Positions 40,546 to 50,138 of a stretch of DNA of 64,000 nucleotides are shown in pieces. Location of the stretch: positions 868,657 through 932,656 of the forward strand of contig CAVYRO010000003.1 in NCBI GenBank assembly GCA_963771005.1, given 5' to 3'. How positions within the stretch are numbered: position 1 is the stretch's first letter; the number at the start of each line of letters is the position of its first letter. The position numbers were made by a program, and so were the translations under genes. The stretch is from an uncultured Bacteroidales bacterium. GTDB taxonomy: Bacteria > Bacteroidota > Bacteroidia > Bacteroidales > GCA-2748055. The notes beneath the pieces were generated by a model. The model saw only the letters and a list, made by a program, of their open reading frames with translations. It made no database searches and was not told where the DNA came from.

Positions 40546-41875
40546 TTAATGTCCTTTCTTTCCCATAAGCCCAATAACATTCGCGGTCATCGCCTCAATG
40601 CCCGTTTCAATCGCTTTCCGGTAATCGGCCTGCAAAACGGGTGAATGAAGCGGGGCAGGGGATTCACCTTTACTCTTTAGACCGGCCATTAGCTCCGGAC
40701 GTGTGACGCCGAGCCATACCAGGCATACCGGGATATTTTCAGGGGTTCTTCCATATTTCCCGAAATCTTCCGCGCCCATAACAGGTTTAACGGCAAACGA
40801 TATTTTCGCTTCCGAGAATGCCTCCGGAATATAAACGGATATCCCCCACAAGCGCCTCATCGTTCATTACGGGCGGAGTTTCGACGGTATCGATCTTTAC
40901 CTCGGGGAGGCGGTCTTCGGGCATACCGGCCGTGAGGGCGGCGCCCCGGCATATTCTTTCGATGGCGCTGATGGTCTTTTTGATCACCTCATCGTTATAA
41001 TAGCGCAAGGTGAGTTGCATTTTCACCTCATCGGGAATGATATTCGGACGCGTGCCGCCATGGATCGAGCCCACCGTAACGACCACCGGTTCGAGCGGGC
41101 TGATCTCGCGGCTTGCGATGGTTTGCAGGTCAAGTACGATCCGGGAGGAGATCACGATGGGATCGATACATTTTTCCGGGTAGGCACCATGTCCGCCTTT
41201 GCCATATACGATGATCTCCGCTGACTTAACCCCGGCAAGGGCAGGCCCGGTGACCAGGCCGATCTTCCCGGATTCCACATCCGGGTTGATGTGATAGGCC
41301 AGGGCATAATCCGGTACGGGAAATTTCTGAAATAATCCTGCGTCAATGGCCGCATCGGCGCCGGCGGAGATCTCTTCCCCCTCCTGTGCAATGACCATTA
41401 GGGTGCCTTTCCAGAGACCCTTCAGGGTTACGAGGGCATGCACCGTCCCCGCGAGGACCGACATGTGGATATCGTGGCCGCAGGCATGCATCACATAAAC
41501 TTCCTCGCCATTATCGTTTTTAGCCTGCTTTGTACTGGCGAAATCAAGGCCGGTTTTTTCCTTTACAGGAAGTGCATCCAGGTCGCATCGCAGCATGATC
41601 ACGGGGCCTTTGCCGTTCCTGAAAATCCCGACAACGTTATTGCCGCCGAAATTACGCGTAACTTCGAGGCCTGCACTCTCAAATTCCCCGGCCATCCGTT
41701 CGGCAGTCTGAAATTCCTGTAACGAGAGCTCGGGATTCCGGTGGATCTGCTTGCAAAGTTCATAGGCTTTGGGACTCTCAGTCTTAGCCGTAGCTATGAT
41801 CTTTTCGTTTACTTGTGAGGCAGCGTTCATTTGAAGAACGACGGACAATAAAAAAATGAGTTCAGGTATTTTCAT
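40546..41875 (-). pseudogene. M20-family amidohydrolase/peptidase (hippurate-hydrolase-like), frameshifted near 40820-40835
   Basis: The metal-binding motif is HACGHDIHM. ORF 40787..41875 reads ..PPVMNDEALVGDIRLY and ORF 40546..40860 continues IPEAFSEAKISFAVKPVMGAEDFGKY in another frame. The N-terminus is a signal peptide. Confidence 0.85.
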
Positions 41876-42005
41876 GGCTTTTTTTTTGGTGACCTGGTAT
41901 TACCGGGTGACTTTAAATCGGTACGAATGTACTACAATGTAACAAGCTCTTCAATCAACAAATCAAAAAATTCTTCAGGTGACGGTGCGTGTGGTCTTCT
42001 TGCCC

Positions 42006-42137
42006 GGGCGTAACCTTACCATGGGCATAACCTTACCATGGGCGTAACCTAACCACAGGCATAACCTACCACGGGCGTTACCTAACCACGGGCGTAACCT
42101 TACCACGGGCGTAACCTTACCACGGGCGTAACCGTGG
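42006..42137. repeat. 17-bp tandem repeat, about 7.8 copies
   Basis: The unit GGGCGTAACCTTACCAC and variants start at 42006, 42023, 42040, 42058, 42073, 42090, 42107 and 42124. The array is preceded at 41950-41985 by TCAACAAATCAAAAAATTCTTCAGGTG, the 8-mer/junction motif of the main family. Confidence 0.9.
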
Positions 42138-42627
42138 CTAATACAATGAAACCCCTCCGGGGTGCCGGGAACACGATCATCATATATTATGCGCGTGACC
42201 TTACCTCGGGAGTAACCATGAGTAATACAATTAAACCGCCTCCGGGGTGCCGGGAACACGATCATCGTATACAATGGACGTTTTGGTGGGTAATACAATT
42301 AAATCGCCTCCGGGGTGCCGGGAACACGATTATCATATATTATGCGCGTGACCTTACCACGGGAGTAACCATGAGTAATACAATTAAACCGCCTCCAGGG
42401 TGCCGGGACCACGATCATCGTATACAATGGACGTTATGGTGGGTAATACAATTAAATCGCCTCCGGAGTGCTGGGACACGATCATCGTATATTATGTGCG
42501 TGACCTTATCACGGGCGTAACCATGAGTAATACAATTAAACCACCTCCGGGGTGCCGGGACCATGATCATCGTATACAATGGACGTTATGGTGGGTAATA
42601 CAATTAAATCACCTCCTGTGGCAGATC
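42138..42627. repeat. 152-153-bp tandem repeat, about 3.2 copies, each made of two related half-units
   Basis: Both half-units begin TAATACAATTAAA(C/T)CGCCTCCGGGGTGCCGGGAACACGAT. Half H1 ends CAATGGACGTT(T/A)TGGTGGG, and half H2 ends TTATGCGCGTGACCTTACCACGGGAGTAACCATGAG. Phase marks are at 42221, 42374 and 42526. Confidence 0.9.
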
Positions 42628-42711
42628 TTCTCTTCCCTTTTTACTTTTTACTTTTTACTTTTGCCTTGGATTTTCTTCCCTCGGCGGGGTTTCAGATCCC
42701 TGAAACAATCT

Positions 42712-44154
42712 TTAATTATCCGAAAGCACAATAGTTTCAATGGAATGGGCTGGGCTGTTGAGCGGGGTTGCCTTTTTCTTCATCCAAAGCTTGAATGGGA
42801 TATCATCATTGGTCCTGTTCATCACCACGACAGCTATCGTTCCATCGGGATTGACAAAAGCTGTGGTAAGAAAGCGGTCGTCGTCCGACGAACTGATGAT
42901 GCGTTTGGCCCCGGGCCTGATAAACTTTGAGAAATGGCCGATGTAGTAATAGGAGTTCATATATTGAACATCTCCTGCATGTGTATCGGCGATCATGGTG
43001 GCCATGCACAGGTTGCCTACGTGATTCGGGCCTCCGGTTTCATCGAGAAGCAGGTTCCAGTCGATCCATCCTGCAGCCCAGTTGTTCAGGTCCATGATCA
43101 TGGATTCGCCGTACTGTTCTCCCCACCGCCATTCCGCGATCCTGTCAGCGCGGAAGGAGGCCACCGTCGCCTCGGTGAACACCAGGTTTTTCTCCGGCCA
43201 GGCTTCGTGGACCCGTGCAACGTTTTCGAAATGATCTCCCACGTACCAGTGAAATCCTGTCCCCCAGACGTATTGTGCTGCCTCCGGATCATCGAGCACC
43301 GCCTGCGCCCTCTGGTACATGATCCCCCGGTTATGATCCCAGATCACCAGCTTAATATCCTTTTCCGTGGCGGATAGGGCCGGTCCCAGGTAGTCCCTTA
43401 CAAAATCGCGTTCTTCCTCCCCGGTATAGATGCACGATTCCCAGGTCTGTAATGCCATGGGCTCATTCTGCACGGTGATTCCCCAGATGGGTATCCCTTC
43501 TTTCTTATATTCCCCAATGAAACGGATATAATATTGAGCCCAGGCATTCCGGTATTCAGGCCTGAGTTTTCCACCATGAAGCATGTCATTGTTGGTTTTC
43601 ATCCATGCCGGCGGACTCCATGGTGAGGCCAGGATCTTTACCGGACCTTCTGCACGCTCCAGTGCGGCCTTAATAAATGGGATACGGTATTTGCGGTCAT
43701 GATCTATGTTGAATGCGGAAAGAGACGTATCGCCCGGAACCTCATCGTATGCATAGCTGTCGCTGGAGAAATCACAACTGTTTATATTGGTGCGGCACAA
43801 GGAATAACCGATGCCGTCATCCATAGAAAAGTAGGCAGTAAGGATAGCTTGCTGCCGCTTAACGGGTAATCTGTAGAAGGTCTCGGCGGCAGCATCGGTG
43901 AAAGCACCACCAAAACCCGCGATCGTCTGGAAGGTCTTGTCCGGGTCGATGAAGATGAATGGATAAGCCTCATCGGGCTGCGCAAGATCTTCGAAGGGAG
44001 GCACTTCTTTCTCCGTAAGCCGGTCCCCGGTATTTTTTGCCGTAACAAACACCCTGGCCTCTATGTTGTTCCGATCCCGGATGTTCCCCGGAGTCTGACA
44101 GAATATTGCAGGGACAACACCTGCTAGAAACAGGAAAAAAAAGATTTTTTTCAT
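42712..44154 (-). CDS. Glycoside hydrolase family 30 (glucosylceramidase-like)
   Basis: After a signal peptide, matching segments are GFGGAFTDAA, WSPPAWMKTN, ITVQNEP (acid/base context) and LVFTEAT (nucleophile context). Confidence 0.85.
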   Translation of the reverse strand: MKKIFFFLFLAGVVPAIFCQTPGNIRDRNNIEARVFVTAKNTGDRLTEKEVPPFEDLAQPDEAYPFIFIDPDKTFQTIAGFGGAFTDAAAETFYRLPVKRQQAILTAYFSMDDGIGYSLCRTNINSCDFSSDSYAYDEVPGDTSLSAFNIDHDRKYRIPFIKAALERAEGPVKILASPWSPPAWMKTNNDMLHGGKLRPEYRNAWAQYYIRFIGEYKKEGIPIWGITVQNEPMALQTWESCIYTGEEERDFVRDYLGPALSATEKDIKLVIWDHNRGIMYQRAQAVLDDPEAAQYVWGTGFHWYVGDHFENVARVHEAWPEKNLVFTEATVASFRADRIAEWRWGEQYGESMIMDLNNWAAGWIDWNLLLDETGGPNHVGNLCMATMIADTHAGDVQYMNSYYYIGHFSKFIRPGAKRIISSSDDDRFLTTAFVNPDGTIAVVVMNRTNDDIPFKLWMKKKATPLNSPAHSIETIVLSDN

Positions 44155-44276
44155 TTTCGGAGCTTTATATGATCAACCTATTTCACGTCAGCTGAAATAC
44201 GAAAAAAAGTGCGAATTGCCGGACCAGAGATACAGGGCAGTACCAGCATCAAATCTCTGGCAAGGTCCTGAAAACA

Positions 44277-45671
44277 TCACCTCAGATCAGGGGGATCCTG
44301 CTTCCGTGCCATCTCCAAAGCCCTGGTCGTGATATAATATTTTGTGATCATACCGGGAACCTCCCATGCTGGCATGTCATCATTCTTCAGGTAATCAAGG
44401 AAATTCCCGGTGACCTGTCCGAAATGGGCTTCATGTCCCAGACGGTATTTATCGGGGATGACCAGTGACCATGTTTTTTCATCTACTCTCTTTACAGTAA
44501 GGCCGGGATACTCGCCGGCAAGATCCTCCTGTACGGTCTTTGTGAGCAATGTTTCAAACGAAGATATGTCGTCCGATAAGGTTTCAATATATACCTGGGG
44601 CACATAATTTTGCTCGGCTCCCTGCCTGATGATGAGATTTGCCAGGCTGCCCCGCATTATGGAATAATGGGTATCGGCTGCCCCTTCCGGCGCCTTATAC
44701 CTCCATTCCACGGATATATGGATATACTTTCCTTTCAGCCGGTAATCCATAGCGCCGTTTGAGTAAACAAACAGGGTTCCATTCTTCACATACTTTTGAA
44801 GGTAACCTGGATATTCTGCAAGCCCCGTCACTTGCTGAAATTCTTCCGGCGAAATGGCCGTGGTCCAATGTTTCGCAGCTACCATGTCTACGTCGTTCTC
44901 ATAGTCGAGCGTAACCCCCGGAAAAGCTTCCCACTGGGCGAGATCCACCAGGTGGGTGGTAACATCGACGATACCTTCGCCCTGCTGTTCGATGTCAAAG
45001 GCCCAGGCCGGCCTCACCAGCGGAACGCCCGAAACATATTTGAAAAAATGATGCACGCTTTCCTTTGTGATCGCCGGATTGTCCTCAGTTCCATCGATGA
45101 GTTCACCAAAGACGGCAGGTACCTGCGAAAGTTTTTTCTGAAGGATTGTGGTGATCTCGAAACGTTCGGTCATGATATCATAAAGCAGTACACCGCTTTT
45201 TTCCGCAAGGGTGAATGCCTCTCTAAGCTTCGGGAAATTCTCCGGGGTAATGACCATGGGTTTATCCGCCAGGACATTCAGACCTTCTTTCACGGAATGG
45301 TAAATGTAGTCGGTCTTGATCTGGTTATTGCCTGCAATCACAACCACATTACCTTTGTTCTCTGCAAGCATTTTTTCAAAATAATCCGGTCCGAGATAAA
45401 CATGCCCGTTCCATTGTGTAGGATCCACGTCACGGGTATTATAAGCCTCAATCCGGTTGAGATAATCATGAACTTCAGGGCCTTCAGGGGCATAAACATA
45501 CACATTGCTATCGACAGACGGGTACATTACTTTCTGGACCAGCCCGGCGTGGAAATGGCCCGGGTTAAGTGTCATGAGCGTTACTTTTTGCATGTCTTTT
45601 TTTTGTGATGGATTACATGATATTGTCGTTGCAAGGATCATGATTATGGTGAGGATGTGTTTATTTGCCAT
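44277..45671 (-). CDS. Lipoprotein with a Gfo/Idh/MocA-like N-terminus and a putative oxidoreductase C-terminal domain (Oxidoreduct_C-like)
   Basis: The lipobox is ATTISCN, followed by LMTLNPGHFHAGLVQK...VVVIAGNNQIKTDYI..LADKPM. The family assignment is from memory of Bacteroidota homologs. Confidence 0.6.
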   Translation of the reverse strand: MANKHILTIIMILATTISCNPSQKKDMQKVTLMTLNPGHFHAGLVQKVMYPSVDSNVYVYAPEGPEVHDYLNRIEAYNTRDVDPTQWNGHVYLGPDYFEKMLAENKGNVVVIAGNNQIKTDYIYHSVKEGLNVLADKPMVITPENFPKLREAFTLAEKSGVLLYDIMTERFEITTILQKKLSQVPAVFGELIDGTEDNPAITKESVHHFFKYVSGVPLVRPAWAFDIEQQGEGIVDVTTHLVDLAQWEAFPGVTLDYENDVDMVAAKHWTTAISPEEFQQVTGLAEYPGYLQKYVKNGTLFVYSNGAMDYRLKGKYIHISVEWRYKAPEGAADTHYSIMRGSLANLIIRQGAEQNYVPQVYIETLSDDISSFETLLTKTVQEDLAGEYPGLTVKRVDEKTWSLVIPDKYRLGHEAHFGQVTGNFLDYLKNDDMPAWEVPGMITKYYITTRALEMARKQDPPDLR

Positions 45672-45789
45672 AGTTTCGGAAGATTAATCGATCTCAGTAA
45701 CAGGATGTTATCCAGGCTGAACCTGCGATGAGAATGAATCTCCAAGATATTATATTTTCGCGGGATAAAGAAATGCCCGTATTTCTTCT

Positions 45790-46334
45790 TTAGCTGGTTT
45801 CACCGGTCCCGGCCAGTTTCTGCACCGTTCTCCAGTTCCGGGTAGTGGCGGTAACATGGAGTCTGGATTCGAAAAAGGTATTATTTAGTTTAGTCCTGCC
45901 ATACCCGTTTGGGCAATGGAGGAATATTTCCCTTCCCATAATCCGGAATTCATCAGGAAGAAAATTCCTTTCTTCCAGGGATTTCACATTTTTTTCTTCC
46001 GGGATGTCAGAAAGGAAGGTAACATGGAGTTTTTCGGGGGAAGCATTCCCGTCCTGCAGAAAAGGGTTGTCTTCAAGTATTTTATGCAGAGCGGCATTAC
46101 TGCGGATAATGAACAGGGACATTTACCCCGAACCGGCTCCTGATAAGATCTCCGATCCGCCGGCTTGCTTTTCCGGGATCTTCACGCGGAAGTGAAAATG
46201 ATGTTCCCGCTCTGGATATACGTTCTGACATTGCCGAATCCTTCCTCTTCCATGGCGGTTCTGAGTCCGGCCATATTGACGGGATTCTTTCCGCCTACGT
46301 TAATTCCCCTGAGAATGGCAGCAAATGTTTCCAT
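45790..46334 (-). pseudogene. DUF1697-family protein, interrupted by two frameshifts (about 46183-46190 and 46112-46120)
   Basis: The ATG at 46332-46334 gives METFAAILRGINVGGKNPVNMAGLRTAMEEEGFGNVRTYIQSGNIIFTSA*. A second frame gives REDPGKASRRIGDLIRSRFGVNVPV. The third frame (ORF 45790..46122) gives IIRSNAALHKILEDNPF...GRTKLNNTFFESRLHVTATTRNWRTV. Confidence 0.75.
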
Positions 46335-46363
46335 GGCATCAGGTTAAATATGAACGATCATTT

Positions 46364-48176
46364 CTATTCCGCATAAAGATACGGCTCACACCAGTCGGCA
46401 TGGTCATAATGGTTCCCGTTTCCGCCGTCGGTGACTATAAGGGTGAGTTCGTTCACGCCCTCCAGGGATATATCAACAAACCGCGCCTCATCCTCAGCCG
46501 TCATAAGTCCGCTCCTGAAGAGTTCCTTTTCGTCACCCTTTACAATAAATTCCACGCTACCGAAAGTGTTGAACCGGGTATATGCATCGACACCTACCCA
46601 TGAAGTGAACCGTTTATAATGCCCTCCCGGAAAAAAATGAAGTTCGGAAACGGCATGGACACCAAATCCGGTTTCAAAATTGCGATCTTTTATTTGCAAC
46701 GGTGTTCCCTGAAGAGCCCGGTTTAGATGGGGGTTTCCAAAACCCTGGATCCAGGAAGCGGGATGGATCTTTGAGAGAAGGATATTGGCAGGCTGATCCC
46801 AGGATACAATCACCGGTTGTGAATATTCCGATTTCATACCTTCAAGAGTGGCTGATTCCAACCGGCATGTATCGATTGTTCCTGCAAGTTGCAGGGGCAG
46901 AGTACAGGAAAGGGTTGTTGTAGTGAACTGCCATTCCCCATTGATCAAAATATGATACATACCGGCGCCTTTTACCATTTTCCAGGAGAGTGTCTTCAGG
47001 CTGTCAGTCGTTCCATCGGAACATGTAAGGTCAGGCCGCGGAAGCGGTTCTTCAACAGGATCGAAGATATTCATGTTCCACCTGTCCAGGTTTTCAATGA
47101 TAAAACTTCCGTCCTTACGAATAAAAAAGGGTTGCCAGAAAAGACGGGAATTTTCAAGTTTGTCAGCATCCCATATGTCTGCCATGAAAATGAAAGAACC
47201 TTCAGGTTTGCCGGGGGCGGGAAGGACAAATGTGCTTTGCGAACCGAAGGTTATCCCCGCTTCCGGACCCCGGCAGGGATTCTCATGTGACGTCCAGGGC
47301 CCGAGAATATGATCCGCGGTATGGTATGAGGCGGCATTTGCAGCCCACCCGGTGAGTCCGGAAGTGATCATATAATATCGTCCCTTATATTTGAAAGGGG
47401 CAGGAGCCTCCCTTTTCTGATTTATGATCGCGCGTGCCCAGGTTATTCCTTCCGTGAGCGGCCGGGCCACATCGGTATAATCATCTGAGAGTTTTACGAT
47501 ATAGATGCTGCTGTTATTTTCGGATGAATAGATCACATACCCGCTTCCGTCATCGTCTGCAAAAAGATTCATATCCCGGAAAGTGTTGCCCCGGTCTTTC
47601 TCACCGATCTTTTGAAGGCGTTCGGAATCTTCCGGCGATAGTGCTTCGTTGCCGCCATCCATACTGTGATAGCCATAGTCGAATTTCACCGGCCGGAAAG
47701 ATCTTATAAATTCGAAGGGACCCGTGGGAGAACCGGATACAGCCACGCCTGCTTCCGACATTGTATACCCGTCGGCATCGAGATGCATCCACATCACGTA
47801 TTTACCGGTTTTAGAATTATAAATCACTTTCGGCCTTTCGAGCACACCGGTGTTCCTGGTTTTTTCCGGGGTACTCCCGGTGGCCAGCGCTGTACCTTCA
47901 TATTTCCAGTGATAAAGGTCAGTCGATGAATAGCAGCATACCCCTGTCCTGTTCCCATGTCCGAGCCTTTGGTCCTGGCCGTACATGTAATAAATATCAC
48001 CTGCCTTGAGGATCCCGCAGGCATGAGCTTCTATGGGAACACTGTCTGTATCGTACCAGACTTCGCCGGGGGTGAAGAAATCCCGGTCATTGCCCGTTTC
48101 GGCTGTCTTTTGATTACAGGATGAGAGCGGTTATGAGAGAGAACAGAAGGATGAGTGGGATGAAGATCTTATTCAT
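46364..48176 (-). pseudogene. GH43-family glycoside hydrolase lipoprotein with a C-terminal NPCBM-like carbohydrate-binding module, frameshifted in the signal peptide region (about 48113-48125)
   Basis: GH43-like blocks are YSSTDLYHWKYEG, ERPKVIYNSKTGKYVMWMH, DMNLFADDDGSGYVIYS and REAPAPFKYKGRYYMITSG. The C-terminus is TDGGNGNHYDHADWCEPYLY. The ATG at 48176 gives MNKIFIPLILLFSLITALIL*, and the next frame continues SCNQKTAETGNDRDFFTPGEVWYD.. directly into the long ORF. Confidence 0.8.
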
Positions 48177-48390
48177 AGTTTATTTATTCAGGATTACGGA
48201 ACCCCATTTCGTTAATGGAACCGGGAAATACCGGCATATCGCTTATCAAATGGCATGTAAATTTATAAATAATTGTAAACCCGGTAAAGAAGTCCTTATC
48301 CCAAATCCGCATTCAATGCCTCTTTTATTTAATTTTATCATTGAGAAGCGCCTTGATGCGCGCCCCTGCGACAAAATTAAATAATCAGCA

Positions 48391-49021
48391 TCAATACCTG
48401 GTTACCTGCTTTCGTGCTATCAGCAGGAAGAGAGGGTAATTTTTCTTCTCTTGTCCGGAATCTTTTTCGATCGAGTAGAAATCTGTAAAGACCAGGGTCG
48501 TGAACCCGTGAAGCGAGAGGAGCCGATCTTAGCTGTTCCTGTTCAAAGCCGTTATGACCGTCGAAATCAGGCATGTGGGCATGGAAACTTCCGTCTTCCT
48601 TCTCCAGGTCGCCTATACAAAGGATTCCGCCCTCGACCAGCAAGGAATTAAAACGGTGGAAGAGGATATCGAGATCCCGTATATGATGAAGGGTCATCAG
48701 GGTATAAATGATATCGAATTTCTCATTCAACCCTCTTTTCTCAAGGTCAATTTTCAGGGGTCTGAAATGATCGAGATGATTCTCTTTAATCCTATTTTTC
48801 AGAACCTTCAGCATTCCTGCGGATGAATCGGCGAGGGTGATGCGTTCAAACTGTTCGCGCAGGAAATAACTAAGTAATCCCGTTCCGCAGCCGAATTCAA
48901 AGGCATCACTGAGATTCCTGCCCTCAAGGAAGTTCCTGATATGATCTGCAAATACTGCAGCCCTCTCCCGCTTCTTTGGATCGTCATCCCAATCTGCGGC
49001 TCTTTCATCAAAAGATGTCAT
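48391..49021 (-). pseudogene. Class I SAM-dependent methyltransferase, frameshifted near 48535
   Basis: Motif I is AFEFGCGTGLL. After GFEQEQL the ORF-track frame becomes non-homologous. The shifted frame reads RLLSLHGFTTLVFTDFYSIEKDSGQEKKNYPLFLLIARKQVTRY*, with the stop at 48391-48393. Confidence 0.8.
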
Positions 49022-49362
49022 ATGCTAAGATTTTTATTTTATTTGGAACCATTTTCTTTTTCGTTGAGATGTGGTTACCCAAAAGCTCATACTAAAAAAA
49101 ATCTTTCAAAATATAAATTCCCTTCGACCTTGCCCGGTTATTACCCTTCGACGATGTTTAGGGACAGGTTTGTACGGGATGATAGAGCGAAGTTAAAAAA
49201 ATCATATCCGTGAGAAAATATCCCTGGTCCCTGATCATGGTTGAGGGGGGAAAGCATGGATATTCTTTGAATGACTTTTGATCCATCCCCTTACTGAAAC
49301 AATCACAGGATGCAATCGTTTGCGAACAGGCTGATAAATTCTCCTGTACCGGGGATGCGAAA

Positions 49363-50031
49363 TCAATGCGGGAACTTTTGCCTGAGATCCATAAGCATCG
49401 TGATGGCGAGGAGATCGAGGTAGACGTAGAAATTCAGTGTAAGAAGCCTTTGCCATGTTCCTTTCCAGAGGGTAATAATTTCAACGGGATGATCCTTCAG
49501 TTTAGCAATGCTGAACAATAACAATAAAATCCCTCCTGCAACAATAATTGGCCAGGTCATGGAATAGAGCAGCGGGTGCTGTCTTCGGGGAATGACTTTC
49601 CGGATGAGGAGCGGGAGGATGAACATACCTGCGATCCCGAGACCTCCCAGGGTATCGTGGATTTTTCCGGCCAGTGTAAGGTTCCCGTTTACATAATCTG
49701 CGTGAAAGAATCCCGAACCCATTCCTTCACCCACACCATACAGAATGATGAGCAGGGATGCAGCTTTTGTCAGGGCCGCAGGTTCCTTATATAAATTACG
49801 GAATCCATACCCGAAGATTATGAACATAACTCCAAGGATCACCCACCAGGTGGAAACCAGTGCTGAAACGGGACTGTTGCTGGCTCCCAGCATACTTTCC
49901 GTATCATGCAGCATTCTGTATCCCGGATAGATGCTTCCGGCAATCCCCATTACAATGAAATCGCCCGCAGTTGCCAGGAAACACATGACTGCCGATGCCA
50001 GTATGAATGTTCTTTGAGAAAAAACCTTCAC
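49363..50031 (-). CDS. Hypothetical multi-pass membrane protein (DUF998-like)
   Basis: This 222-aa protein has about 6 TM helices. The family guess is from memory only. Confidence 0.5.
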   Translation of the reverse strand: MKVFSQRTFILASAVMCFLATAGDFIVMGIAGSIYPGYRMLHDTESMLGASNSPVSALVSTWWVILGVMFIIFGYGFRNLYKEPAALTKAASLLIILYGVGEGMGSGFFHADYVNGNLTLAGKIHDTLGGLGIAGMFILPLLIRKVIPRRQHPLLYSMTWPIIVAGGILLLLFSIAKLKDHPVEIITLWKGTWQRLLTLNFYVYLDLLAITMLMDLRQKFPH

Positions 50032-50138
50032 ATAAAATGGTATTCTGATAAAGTTTGTAAAAAGTCAGATTCAAAATGGCCGGGAGTTGCCGGTATTATT
50101 TTAACATTAACAGTTGTATGATTTAGGGCAAGAAACCA

